64,000 bases of DNA from Octopus sinensis. Taxonomy: Eukaryota. A program made the position numbers and the translations under genes. The stretch spans positions 10,106,001 to 10,170,000 of the forward strand of contig NC_043003.1 of the NCBI RefSeq assembly GCF_006345805.1, written 5' to 3'. This document shows, one piece after another, positions 38,463-51,792 of this stretch. The number at the start of each line of letters is the position of its first letter. Position 1 is the stretch's first letter. The notes below the pieces were generated by a model. The model was not told the origin of the DNA. It ran no database searches and was given only the letters and a program-made list of their open reading frames with translations.

Positions 38463-38779
38463 TACGCGGTAGAGTTTTCACAAACATATTCTATGACGCA
38501 TTCAATATCAAGAACTAGTTCGTGTTTTTATCGCTCCGTCAGGTTTTATTGAACACACCTGAAATAAAAGGATTTACCATTGTGATTAATATGTAGTTTA
38601 AGAATCTTAGTCGAACGAATCGACTGAAATATTTATCTTTTTCCTTTTTTTTTCTTCTCTGAACCCTGGTACTTATTCAATCTGCTTATTTTGCCGATCC
38701 TCTGTTATGGAAATCTAAATATACCAGCACCAGTTATCGAGCAGTGAAGCGGGGACAAACACACACACACACGCACACA

Positions 38780-38826
<47 letters not shown>

Positions 38827-38894
38827 ACACACACATACACACACACTCATAAATATATATGCACAACACTCACACACATGCACATATATATATA

Positions 38895-39051
38895 TGGAGT
38901 GACTGTGTGGTAAGTAGCTTGCTTACCAACCACATGGTTCCGGGTTCAGTCCCACTGCATGGCACCTTGGGCAAGTGTCTTCTACTATAGCCTCGTGCCG
39001 ACCAAAGCCTTGTGAGTGGATTCGGTTGACAGAAACTGAAAAAGCCCGTCG

Positions 39052-39119
<68 letters not shown>

Positions 39120-39354
39120 TGCGTGTGTTTGTGTGTGTGTATGTATATGTTTGTGTGTCTGTGTTTGTGCCCCCAACATAGCTTGACAACCGATGCCGGT
39201 GTGTTTACGTCCCTGTAACTTAGCGTTTCAGCAAGAGAGACCGATAGAATAAGTACTACGCTTACAAAGAATAAGTCCTGGGAAGATTTGCTCGGCTAAA
39301 AGCGGTGCTCCAGCATGGCCGCAGTTAAAGGACTGAAACAAATAAAAGAATAGA

Positions 39355-39355
<1 letters not shown>
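38895..39355 (+). mobile_element. Family A SINE lying within the microsatellite of an older, opposite-strand family A SINE (about 38590-38760 and 39415-39497)
   Basis: Full copy flanked by TA/CA tracts and by reverse-strand SINE halves. Confidence 0.8.
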
Positions 39356-39398
<43 letters not shown>

Positions 39399-39997
39399 AT
39401 ATACACACACACAACAGGCTTCTTTCAGTTTTCGTCTGTCAAATTCACTCACAAGGCTTTGGTCGACCCGGAGCTATAATAGAAGACATATGCCCAACTA
39501 GAAATAAATTGTGTTGCTCTAATTTTGCTAAGTTACGATTAGATTTCAGGGAAATTTGTCCGTTATTTCTCGTTGGTCGATTGACCACATTGATGCTCCC
39601 TTACAGGATCAGGGTTTATTTTATTGCCTGCACCTAAGGTGTTCCCTGGTTGTGAATTAAGAAGAGGTTGATTTAATAATAAACCAATTGTACGAATAAA
39701 TCTAGCGTGTTGTGAAGGTAGTCCAGGAAGAGTTGCTCTCCTGTGACGAATACAACAGCGATTAACATATTGATGTTTTAATCCACTGGAAGGTATTAAG
39801 AATAAATTTGCAAGTCAACGTTGATCTAATAGACGGAAGTGATGTTTAAGGTAGAAGGTTGGTGAATTCTGTGTGTTGCATTACAAAGGACACACGTATG
39901 CAAAAATGTGTGTCACGTCTGTATTATCGCTGAAACACGTACAAGTTATACATTAATAATGCAATGATTAAAGAAAACATTTAGTATGTGAATATAT

Positions 39998-40615
39998 AGG
40001 TGCAGGGATGGCTGTGTGGTAAGTAGCTTGCTTCCCAACCATTATGGTTCTCGGTTCAGTCCCACTGCTTGGCACCTTAAGCAAGTGTCTTCTACTATAA
40101 CCTCGGTCCGACCAAAGCCTTGTGAGTGGATTTGGTAGACGGAAACTAAAAGAAGCCCGTTGTATATGTACATATATATATATATAGAATATAAATTAGA
40201 GAAAAAACCCACTATTATGCAATTCAAACAATGATAGACGTAAACCAAATCATAAATAAAAAATAAAATATATTTTTATAAAACATAACTAGATCACAAT
40301 AACTATAAAAATGAATAATCACTATATAATAAGTAAAGAAGTAAACAAAACATTATATATATATATATATAAAATCAAAATAAGCAGCAAGGATATCCAG
40401 AGGTGTGTGTGTGTGTATATATGTTTGTGTGTCTGTTTGCCCCTGCAAAATCGCTTGACAACCGATGGTGGTGTGTCCCCGTAACTTAGCGGTTCGGCAG
40501 AAAGACCGATAGAATAAGTACTAAGCTTACAAAGAATAAGTCTTTGGAGTCGGTTTGCTGGACTGCGGCCGGTGCTCCAGCATGGCCGCAGTCAAATGAC
40601 TGAAACGAGTAAATA
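39998..40615 (+). mobile_element. Family A SINE with an AT-rich insert (about 40185-40403) in its internal TA tract
   Basis: The insert start aaattagagaaaaaacccactattatgcaattcaaaca resembles 1400-1436 of the hammerhead fold-back element. Confidence 0.8.
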
Positions 40616-40642
40616 GTATGTGCAAAGAAAAAGAACTAAGTA

Positions 40643-41470
40643 TAGGCGTGGGCGTGGCTGTGTCTCAGGAAGCTTGCTTCCTAACCTCATTCTTCCGAGT
40701 TCAATCTCATTGCATGGCACCACGTGTAGTTATCTCCTACTATGGCTCCGCACCGAACAACCTCTTGAGTGTGAATTTGGTAAACGAAAGCCGAAAGAAA
40801 CTCGTCGTAGATATGTATGTGTGTGTGTGTGTGATTTTGTGAGTGGGTGTGTCAGTGTGTTTGTGTGTGTGACTTAATGTGTCTTTGTGTTTGTGTGTAT
40901 GTGTGTGATTGTGCGTGTGTGTGACTATGCATGTGTGTGTGTGTGATTTTGTGAGTGGGTGTGTCAGTGTGTTTGTGTGTGTGACTTAATGTGTCTTTGT
41001 GTTTGTGTGTATGTGTGTGATTGTGCGTGTGTGTGACTATGCATGTGTGTGTGTGTGATTTTGTGAGTGGGTGTGTCAGTGTGTTTGCGTGTGTGACTTA
41101 ATGTGTCTTTGTGTTTGTGTGTATGTGTGTGATTGTGCGTGTGTGTGACTATGCGTGTGTGTATGTGTTTGTGTGTGTTTACGTACGTACGTCCGTGCTT
41201 GCGTGTATGTCTCTGTGCCTTAGTGGTGTATATATATGTGTGTGTTTCCCCCCCCCCCCACCGCTTCACAACCAGTGTTATTCTGTTTTTTTTTATGACT
41301 CTGAAACACCAGTGGTTCGATAAAACGGACCGATAGAATAAGTACCAGGTTTCAAAGAAAAAGAAGCTGAGTACTAAGGTCGATTCACTCGACTACAAAA
41401 TTCTTCAAGGCACTGCCCCAGTATGGCCACAGTCTAATGATCAAACGAGTAAAAAATAAGAGAAAAGAAA
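40643..41470 (+). mobile_element. Degenerate family A SINE whose internal (TG)n has become a 3 x 112-bp minisatellite
   Basis: gattttgtgagtgggtgtgtcagtg starts at 40833, 40945 and 41057. Confidence 0.8.
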
Positions 41471-41614
41471 GCTATGAATTCTATGTACCTTTCCCCCACG
41501 TAATTTCTAAATTTCAACCTCAAATTTAAATGGCTAATCCCGCTTCATATTGTGATAGTATGATTACTTCCCTTGCAGAAGCTGTCATCACTACAGGGAA
41601 CCGGCATAGAAGGA

Positions 41615-42142
41615 AAGGCGGCGAGGTAGCGAAATCGTTAGCACGCCGGGCGAAATGTTTTACGGTATTTCGTCTGTCTTTACGTTCTGAGTTCAGTTTC
41701 CTCCGGGGTCAACTTTGTCTTTCATCCTTTCGGGGTTGATAAATTAAGTAGCAGTTACGAACTTGGGTCGATCTAATACCCAAATACTCAAAAATTTCGG
41801 GCCTTGTGTCTAGAGTAGAAAAGAATCATTAGCACGCCGGGCGAAATGCTTAGCAGTATTTCGTCTGCCGTTACGTTCTGAGTTCAAATTCCGCCGAGGT
41901 CGACTTTGCCTTTCATCCTTTCGGGGTCGCACTGGGGTCGATCTAGTCGACTTAAACCGTTTGTCTGTCCTTGTTTGCCCTCTCTGTGTTTAGCCCCTTG
42001 TGGGTAGTAAAGAAATAGAAATAGGTATTTCGTATGTCGCTACGTTCTGAGTCGAGGTCGACTTTGCCTTTCATCCTTTCTGGTTTGATGAAATAAGTGC
42101 CAGTTACGCACTGGGGTCGTATCCCCTTTCCCTCCCAAAATT
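41615..42142 (+). mobile_element. Family B SINE multimer (3 units, both tail types)
   Basis: Junction aagaaatagaaatag|gtatttcg at about 42024. Confidence 0.8.
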
Positions 42143-42609
42143 CTTAATTTAACTGGATATTCAGTGTTATCTCGAATCATGGTGCCAATAGAAATTTCCA
42201 AGCAAAGTTTTTGCCTTATAAATATATCAGCTCTGTTGATGCATATGCTTAGATAAAATTCCATCTTCTAATTCTGGGATTTGAGGCATGAATACCTACA
42301 TTCCTGTGTGTGATTTAAGAAGATCTATTATATTCTATCTTTGATTAACTTACTTTCATTCAATTTCCCATTCCCGCAGTTTCTCGCATTTTTGATCCGC
42401 CTTGCACCTTTACTGACACGGCTTCGTTCTGTTTGTGAAAGCATTTATGACTGTCATATAACGATGTAATAATAAAAATGTTTAACCAGAAATGTCAACG
42501 TCAGGAACGCAGTTTCAAATCTGCTGTTCACTGACAGATCCGCACTCCCATCATCACTAGCAGAAAACCAATTATATCAAGCTACTACTACTACTACTAC
42601 TACTACTAC

Positions 42610-42670
<61 letters not shown>

Positions 42671-42960
42671 TGCTACCTAACTCAGATACCAGGAAACCCC
42701 AAAATGGCAGAAATTCACAAAATAGTGCTCATGGGAACTGCTCATATCCTACGCAAAATACTCTCTATGTAATCCAAGGTTTAAAACAAACTTTTTTTTT
42801 ATGTATTAGACACTCACTAGTACAACACCAAAAAAATACCCAAATATATGGCACACTAGGCATAACGACAACCTGAACTTCCAACCTGTTGTCTCTTGAG
42901 GTCTCTGGGTGAGACTTGGAGCCAAATTGTGCAGACATAAAGCAAAGGTCAAACATAGAA
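42671..42960 (+). mobile_element. 3' end of a Dong/R4-clade (RLE) non-LTR retrotransposon inserted in (TAA)n
   Basis: Encodes CYLTQIPGNPKMAEIHKIVLMGTAHILRKILSM*, resembling the IQKxVLLGTAxILR C-terminus of R4-clade ORFs; about 200-bp 3' UTR; flanked by (TAA)n, the known Dong target. Confidence 0.75.
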
Positions 42961-43061
42961 TAATAATAATAATAATAATGATAATAATAATAATAATAAT
43001 AATAACAACAACAACAACAACAATAATAATAATAACAATAATAAAAATAATAATAATAATA

Positions 43062-43096
<35 letters not shown>

Positions 43097-43313
43097 TTTC
43101 TACTCTAGGTACAAGGCCCTGGAACTTTTAGGGAAGGGGACTAGTCGATTACATTGACCCCAGTGTTTCACTGATATTTAATTTATCGTTCCCCAAATGA
43201 TGAAACGTATAGTCGACCTCGGCGGAATTTGAACTTAGAATTTAGCGGATTGCTAACGATTCTGCCAGCTCACCGACTTTTTAAAACTAATAATAATAAT
43301 AATAATAATGATC

Positions 43314-43378
<65 letters not shown>

Positions 43379-43670
43379 TGCTACCTAACTCAGATACCAG
43401 GAAACCCCAAAATGGCAGAAATTCACAAAATAGTGCTCATGGGAACTGCTCATATCCTACGCAAAATACTCTCTATGTAATCCCAAGGTTTAAAACAAAC
43501 TTTTTTTTTTATGTATTAGACACTCACTAGTACAACACCAAAAAAATACCCAAATATATGGCACACTAGGCATAACGACAACCTGAACTTCCAACCTGTT
43601 GTCTCTTGAGGTCTCTGGGTGAGACTTGGAGCCAAATTGTGCAGACATAAAGCAAAGGTCAAACATAGAA
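43379..43670 (+). mobile_element. Second copy of the Dong/R4-like 3' end (part of a tandem duplication)
   Basis: Near-identical to 42671-42960. Confidence 0.75.
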
Positions 43671-43761
43671 TAATAATAATAATAATAATGATAATAATAA
43701 TAATAATAATAATAACAACAACAACAACAACAACAACAATAATAATAATAACAATAATAAA

Positions 43762-43804
<43 letters not shown>

Positions 43805-44021
43805 TTTCTACTCTAGGTACAAGGCCCTGGAACTTTTAGGGAAGGGGACTAGTCGATTACATTGACCCCAGTGTTTCACTGATATTTAATTTATCGTTCC
43901 CCAAATGATGAAACGTATAGTCGACCTCGGCGGAATTTGAACTTAGAATTTAGCGGATTGCTAACGATTCTGCCAGCTCACCGACTTTTTAAAACTAATA
44001 ATAATAATAATAATAATGATC

Positions 44022-44077
<56 letters not shown>

Positions 44078-45167
44078 GCCACTGCTACTAACACTCGTGC
44101 TGTTGCTACTGCTATTGCTATTACTACAACCACTATTACCATAAGCACCACAGCCACCACTACAACCTCTACCACCTCTAACACCACCACCGACACCACT
44201 ACTACTATCACCTTCCCCGACACCACTACCACCAGAGCTTCCATTAATACCATTAGCATTTCCTCAGACAATAGCCAATATAAATAGGGATCGAAGTGTA
44301 ACAACTGTAATAATTCTGACTCAATCACAATGAGAGTTATTATAGTTATGTCCATGTGCATTGTTCTGGTACATTTGACAATATCACTGCTGCCGACGAT
44401 GGTGAGGTCGATGGTGGCTTTGTTAATTGTCCTAACAAATAAGAAGAATCGCTATATTAATAATTATGGAAACGTATTTTAAAAGACGAAAATAATTAAA
44501 GTTAATGGAATATCAATAACAACACTAATAGTAAGAACAACGTCTTGAACAAGAGCAACTATAATAATAATACATTAAACGGAAATGTTCGCTTAATTAG
44601 AATCAACATGCTTCAATTATGAAACTAGTAGTACGTAGACATCCCCACCACGCTTCTCAATACCTTCGTCTCTCGATCCCCACTTCCTCTTACTGTTCAC
44701 TCATTATACGACATGCCAGCACAATCTTTAAAAGCATTTTCTATATCTGGAAAGGGCATATCACCAAGTATGGAAGCATTAACCTCAAAGAAAAATGGCA
44801 CTCTTTCAAATCTTGAGGCGAGAGCAATCGAAGTGAAAACAAAGGCTGGGAGGTGAACGGGCCAAGTAAATAAAGAATCTGAATTAATTTAAGTTCCATA
44901 AATATCTGCTCAATTTCCTTTTGGATCTCCTAAGTCTTGGCATCACACAGAATTTCCTGTGATGGCTGGAATATTTACAACGAGACTGAATGGATCGTTT
45001 TTATGTTTTCTTTAGTGGTATTTTATTCGTTTGTTTGGTTGTATTTTCTGCAGCAATTTATTTTGTCTTCACCGAATACTTTTTTTTCCTGCAACTAGTG
45101 AATAAAAATATAATAGTTTGGGATTGGGTAGTTATAAGAAACTATTGTAAGCCTAATTAAAGACGGG

Positions 45168-45171
45168 TGTA

Positions 45172-45221
<50 letters not shown>

Positions 45222-45437
45222 GAGAAAGAGAGAGAGGGAGGGAGAAAGAGAGACAGAGACAGAGACAGATAGTCAGTCAGTCAGACAGTCAGGCAGATAT
45301 GCAGACAGAGAGGCACGCAGACAGACAGGAAGACAGGCACACAGACACACAGATGGATGGACTAGTAGTAAATAGACAGAAAGACAGACGGACGGACAGA
45401 TAGATAGAGAAATAGACAGATAGACAGGGAGACAGAC

Positions 45438-45496
<59 letters not shown>

Positions 45497-45497
45497 A

Positions 45498-45536
<39 letters not shown>

Positions 45537-45620
45537 TAGATAGATAGATACATACATACATACATACATACATACATACATACATACATACATACATACG
45601 TAGGTAGGTAGGTAGGTAGA
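45168..45620. repeat. Compound (TG)n-(AG)n-(GACA)n-(GATA)n-(CATA)n-(GGTA)n microsatellite
   Basis: Direct inspection. Confidence 0.95.
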
Positions 45621-45874
45621 AGAAGAATCATACAACCAGACAGACGAAGAAAGAGGAAGCAAAGAAACAGACATGGCTAAATTAATGCAACCGTACTAAT
45701 AAATATAGTCTTATAAACCACAGCAATAACAACAATGATAACAATAACAATATCAACAGCAACAATAATTAGATTAGTGATATACAAGTTGAGCAACATT
45801 TTCTGAGGAGAAGCAGATTATATTAAATTGTCTCGAGTATATTTCTTGTTCCTAGTGTTCAAGTGAGAATATAT

Positions 45875-46155
45875 GTTTCTTTATTAGCCACACAGGGCTG
45901 CACACAGAGGGGATAGATTACAAAGTAGAGCTTTTCTTTTTGGGAGAGAGAAAAACAAAAGGTGGGTTAGGTTTTCGATCAAAAGGGATCGTAAAAACGG
46001 AAAAAAAAGAAAAAAGGGGAAAAAAGGGAAAAAAAAACGATCAATAGGGATCATGTATCACAGTGTCATGGTGTAAAGTGTAAAGGGGGAAGCAGATAAG
46101 GTTTATCCGTGGGAAGAAAAGCCTACGGAAAAGACCACGGTAACCTCAGTCAATG
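45875..46155 (-). mobile_element. Putative LINE 3' UTR fragment whose terminus resembles family B SINE tail 2
   Basis: The minus strand ends tcccctctgtgtgcagccctgtgtggctaataaagaaa, with a pyrimidine-rich UTR upstream. Confidence 0.5.
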
Positions 46156-46309
46156 ATGTTACATGTTACCACATTTGTTTGCAAGTAGGTAATCTTCTGT
46201 TTTAAATTTTCCGCGTTCATAGGATTGAAGACGAATCTACTTATTTTTACCAACATCAGAGTTGTAACTGGTCTTACCTTAGGACCAACCATGTTTATGA
46301 TTTGCTGTT

Positions 46310-46560
46310 TGTTAGGACATCTGTACGGGATACCCTTTAAAGATTTTTGCTGTCACACGTATAGCAGCTAGCCGTCCTGCTCGTGATGATGATTTCTAAA
46401 GTGTTCCTTTCACGACACCCCACTGGAGATAGATCTGGTATCATTTTGAGGTTTTTCGGAGTTGTGGTTATGAGGAATTGTATTTCCATCTTAAGCATAC
46501 CAGTTGACATGTCTTCACTAGTTACGGCAGCACTGACCATCTGTACATATGGTGCTCAGA
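46310..46560 (-). pseudogene. Degraded LINE ORF1-like fragment with a zinc-knuckle remnant
   Basis: ...IPDLSPVGCRERNTLEIIITSRTASCYTCDSKNL* resembles the GRxPxCxxCxxxxH gag knuckle of L1/Tx1-type ORF1; adjacent to the putative LINE 3' end. Confidence 0.35.
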
Positions 46561-47419
46561 AAGTGAAGATTATCCACCGTAGACGTCGTCACCAATGTAC
46601 ATGACGTTAACCCATACGTTTCTGCCGTGTAAATATTGTAGATCAAATTTATGGGAATAGTGTCTCGCATGAAATTGGTTTAAGTTTTCAGCCCGTCCTT
46701 CCTTTTTATAATATCACGTATGGTACCATATCGGCATCCTCACCCAATGAATGAGGTTTCATTGAAAATATCTAACATCTGTCGGATTTGTATTCGTATC
46801 TTCTTTGGCTAGAACGAAGTACCCCTTTGTGGTCTTGACAGATCACATATAACTTACCTATCTCGCTTTATGCTCGGGAATGCAACGTAATGCAGAACGA
46901 TATACTACGTAAGTCAATGCTATTAAATACCTTTTGTAAAGAAGACATTTACGTAATTCATCCAAGATAAGCAGCGATTAAACGTCTAAATACGTAAATA
47001 TATAAAAAGCTTCGGCGTAACTAACTACAGATGTCCTTCCAATTTAATTCGATCGTCATGTACTCATGTTTTCCATGGTGTATAACTTTTAAATAAAAAT
47101 ATCGATATCATAGTCTTCTAGTTTCTCGTAAGTAATCTTAGAGAGAAACACAAATACTTTCAAGTATCTGCAAACTTTTGGAAAGTGTTTACTTTCTGGT
47201 TCAACGCTGCAAAATTTAGCACACGGTCAGCAGGTCTTGCGGGTTTACATAATGTCAGCAAGTCTTGCGGGTTCGCTTTAATCGAAAAGATCGAGCCCAA
47301 TATTTGATACTTTATTTTATTGAATGAAAGGTAACGTTGGCCACGATGTGAGTTGAAGCAAGAACGTAAAAGGCGAGAAGTGCTGCCAAGAATTTTGTTC
47401 GACGCGCCTGCTCACCACT

Positions 47420-47716
47420 TTTTGCTCTGTAATAGTTGAGTAAGCTGTTTGAAGTACGTTGTTTTCTGCAGCAGAAACCCGAATTTCATAGAAGTACGTT
47501 GCTCGTTTGTTTCAGCCATTGCAAAAATTGAGAAACACAGGAGGAGCGCTGCAAAACAAAAACGTGCCATGTGGAAGTACGACTTCACCCAATGACGCTG
47601 GTCAACAGACTGATGCCTAAGGGTCACATCAAGTGGCTTCTAGTGCAAGAAGCCTGAACTACAACAGGTTTGTCCCACAGATAACGTTTCCAGTTACTTT
47701 TGGGTACCCACCTCGG
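47420..47716 (-). mobile_element. Mariner 5' fragment (TIR + transposase N-terminus)
   Basis: Minus strand cgaggtgggtacccaaaagtaac TIR-like start; MAETNEQRTSMKFGFLLQKTT resembles the EQRxxIKFCFxLGKT mariner N-terminus. Confidence 0.65.
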
Positions 47717-48919
47717 ATTATAGCTAAACTGTATTGGTATCATTTGTACCATCAATTGTTTTGGGGGTTTGTTGGTAGAAAGGGATTTGTTGAACTTATT
47801 GGATACATGGTGCCGGTTCTTACAAATCCGGGTTTTGGTGTAAGTTCTTTCTGTTAATAATGCTATATTATCCTTCTTTAGGTAATACTATCGGGTGGAC
47901 GCGATATTGTCATTGAAAATTCATGCGTAAATAACATTCTTCATAGGCGCGACAACAGAAGTATGAATTGTTCCATTCAGCGAAGAATATTACGAGAGAC
48001 GCAAACAGGAATTTTGTAAAAGCCAAACCAAACGATTTATTGGTCACAGCATGAGTCTTTGAGATTGCAGTCTATATTCCATAACGATACTTGCAACTAC
48101 TTGGGAATTTAACTGAAGCGGCATATCAGTTTAGAGTAGAATTAAAATTGTATTGACTTCTGACAGAACCATCAGAGATAGTAGTTTCTAGAACATTTAC
48201 AGCAGCTTCGAAATCTCACGGAGATTCAGTCATTTCTGTTGTTATTATCGAAGGATGGAACCATCACACGGGTTCTTGAAAACTTAATTAAAACTGACAT
48301 CAACGTCAATACTATCAGGTTAAATGAAAATATATGCAGAAGTAAGTTTACTTTGAATACAGAAACGTATCTGACGTTTAAAACTAGAACTTAAAAAAAA
48401 GTAAGTATCAAATATAAATAGCTATAAATCTTGTACACAGCAAAACATTGTCTCCTGCTTATAAGAAAGTCACGAAATATTTAAAACATCGGCTGATTAG
48501 CAGACAAGTATGAAGTGTCGGCGAATGATATTGGAAAGTAAATGCTAAATATATGAAAATAAATGTACTTGCCTTAATTCCCTGGCGTTACGTTCTGAGT
48601 TTAAGTCACCGCCGAGCTATACTTAGAGTTTCATAGATAAAAACGATACCTAAATTACACACACACATATATATATTTATATATATATATATATATTATA
48701 TATATATATATATTGCAAAATGGAATGAAAAGGCAATAGAGAACAATAAAACAACCGGACAGATAGATGATACAAAAGCAGACAGGAAAAACAACAAAGA
48801 GAAGGATAGGAAAAAATGGACGAGTCATTCATGGCCTTCTTTCATCAGTAAAGTTTCCAGATTGTTCTTACAGTTTTGGGCAGATACATGTATATGCTTG
48901 TGCATGTGTGCGTATGTAT

Positions 48920-48950
<31 letters not shown>

Positions 48951-48951
<1 letters not shown>

Positions 48952-49072
48952 TGGCCTGCTCGCTTAGCCAGTGGGGTGGCGTCATTTAAAGGCTAAAACA
49001 ATGCGAAACGCATTGTGACCAGCGATGTGTAGCAACATCTGATAGCCTGGTCGGTCACGGTGATCACGGTGA
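48951..49072 (+). repeat. Short, highly structured GC-richer element between TA tracts
   Basis: Hairpins acaatgcg-aaa-cgcattgt and gaccag...gatgt...acatc...ctggtc; ends (tcacggtga)x2 then (TA)n. Confidence 0.55.
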
Positions 49073-49454
49073 TATATATATAATCACACGTGCGCAATGC
49101 ACGCCGGCGTTGCCCGGGTGTTATGATCTACAAGGACATTGTATTATTTGCTCCTTTCTTATGGGAAGAATTGTTAATGGAATAATGGAAGTTATAGTTT
49201 GTTTAATAGTTAAGGACGAGGGTATAGTTTGCATGGAAGTGTTTTCTGTTCTTAAGGATCAGAAACTATGAATTGTTTCATTGTATAAAAGCGGTTAATA
49301 CGATTTTGTCCAGAAATCACGTTTTCAATATTTTAATATTTCAATTCTTTAATTTCCCCCTATCCCCACCGCAATTTCTCAGTTTGTAACTTTTTTTTAA
49401 AATTTCTTTTGTTATCAATACTGAGATTATCAATACAGAGATTACGAATCTGGG

Positions 49455-49511
<57 letters not shown>

Positions 49512-49726
49512 ATTCAGATTACGATGAACGTAAACAAACAAACGTGTGTGCGACTGTATTTCCACATAACATATAGAAAAATGGATGTTTTATTACAATT
49601 TTGGGGGCTGTGACTTATTTTAATACAATATTTATGTGTACATTTTCATAAATGTTTGTTAGAGTAGAATTCTACGCATGCGTGAAACATCGAACGAAAG
49701 TGAGACATTGGAAGCAAAGCAAAATA

Positions 49727-50118
49727 TTCTTTTCTACTATAGGCACAAGGTCCTAAAATTTGGGGGAGTGAGGGCAGTCGATAAGATCTACCCCAGTACG
49801 CAGCTGGTACTTAATTTATCGACTCCGAAAGGTTGAACGGCAAAGTCGACCTCGGCAGAATTCGAACTCAAAAGTTATAGACGGGCGAAATACCGCTAAC
49901 AATTCTTTCCTACTCTAGGCACATGGCCCGAAATTTGTGGGGAGGGGGGCAGTCGATTACATCTTCCCCAGTACGCAACTGATACTTAATTTGTCGACCC
50001 TGAAAGGATGAAAGGCAAAGTCGACCTCGGCGAATTTGAATTCAGAACGTAAAGACAGATGAAATACCGCTAAGCATTTCGTCTGGCATGCTAACTATTC
50101 TGCCAGCTCTCCGCCTTA
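49727..50118 (-). mobile_element. Family B SINE dimer (tail 1)
   Basis: Two Meta-domain units. Confidence 0.8.
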
Positions 50119-50280
50119 GTAAAGTGAAATAGGGTCTTGCTCAAGGACAGAACGCGCCGCCAGGAATCGAACTTGCTACCTTACGGTCGTGAGTCAAGTA
50201 CTCTAACCACTAAGCTACACGCCTTCACCATAAGCGTTTTAGGTTGTGTAAATACTAAGAAATTAATGAACAAGACAGAA

Positions 50281-50708
50281 TCTATATATATATAAAACTG
50301 AAGTTGTCTGTGTGTGTGTGTGCGTGTGTGTGTGTGTGGCTGGTTTGGTAGCCTTCAACTAACACTATCTCCTCCGAGACCCTGCGGTGCAAGTTGACCA
50401 ACATTGAGAGTATGATAGAAGAAGGCTTGCTCTTCATTCGTAGAAAAAAATTCAATCCGGATTATGTTAAGACCAAAAATTATTTACATCAAATTGGTGC
50501 TTTTTTTCTATGAAAATTCCTATTTTTTACGATATTTTGACTACTGTGTCGCCATTTTTCGGTGTATTTCAATCAGAAAAATGTTCACTTAAAGAGAATA
50601 ACAAGCTACATAATGCAAAATTTTTACTTTTCAAAACTTCCAAATCTAAAGGGTCGTTTTAAGCACAACTAAAAAACAAACCCGAGCAACGCCGGGCTAT
50701 ACTGCTAG
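50281..50708 (+). mobile_element. Non-autonomous Helitron
   Basis: A|TC 5' end (tctatatatata), 3' GC-rich hairpin cccg-agcaacgc-cggg shortly before CTAG|T; no TSD. Confidence 0.88.
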
Positions 50709-51756
50709 TTTAAATATATAAAAAGGTGTCTGAGTAATATAACGGATGTACTCGATGAATACTTTACTACACACCAAACAAGATAATTTTAGATGTTTCG
50801 TTAATAAATTATAGCTCTAGTATCATTAACTGTATACTTACTGAATTTTCAAAACAAGCTAGAAAAGGAAGCTAAAAAATTAATAACTGCATTTAAGAAT
50901 CAGGGTACCGTACATATATTATTCATCGCAACTACAAGTAAGTAACCTGATTCTACATCTGATAAAATAGACAATATCTACAGAGAAATATTCCCTAAAT
51001 TTCAGTGAGAAACAAGTATAAATAGCTACAAATAAGACAAACGCTAAAACTGTTTTCAGTCTTCGTGGAATACCACAAATTCCAAACGGAGGCTGACGAG
51101 GGAATTAATATATAGAGCTGCAAAAGAGAGTTAGAGAACGTCATACGAAATCGAAACATGGCCGATGACTGAGAACATTGAATTCCCTCAGACGTAGCTG
51201 AACAGATACAGATTACATGCAATAACAGAACCAGGAGTCTTTATCATAAAAGAAGTCGCTATCTGTCCCTGATAACTTTTATCGTTTACTTGTTTTAAGC
51301 AATGGACTGCGACCAAGCTGGGGCACCGGCTTTGAGAATTTAATCGAACAAATGGACACCGCTACTTATTTTATCTGGTACTTAGTTTATCGGTTCTTTA
51401 TTTTGTGGCCATTGTAATGTGGATGTGAACCAACCAACACCGGTTGTAAAATGGTATTGGGTGACAAATAGAAACACACATACACACACACACATATATA
51501 TCTTGAGCAAGACACTTCATTTCACGTTTTTCCAGTTCACTCATCTGTACAAATGAGATGCGACACCACTGGTGCCAAGCTGTATCAGCCGTTGCCTTTC
51601 CCTTGGATAACATCAGTGGTGTGGTGAGAGGAGGCTGGTATGTATGGGTGACTGCTGGTCTTCCATATACAACCTTGCCCGGACTTGTGCCTTGGAAGGT
51701 AACTTTCTAGGTGCAATCCTATGGTAATTCATGCCCGAAGTGGGGGCTTTATCTCG

Positions 51757-51790
<34 letters not shown>

Positions 51791-51792
<2 letters not shown>

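Larger units (their letters stand above)
42671..44076 (+). repeat. Near-perfect tandem duplication, unit about 708 bp (Dong end + (AAT)n + truncated family B SINE + (AAT)n)
   Basis: The unique parts differ only in homopolymer and microsatellite lengths as far as I can see. Confidence 0.92.

Noticed and set aside
43937-44361. Asn/Thr-rich mucin-like ORF
   Set aside because: It starts inside a SINE remnant and runs through (AAT)n/(ACC)n repeats.
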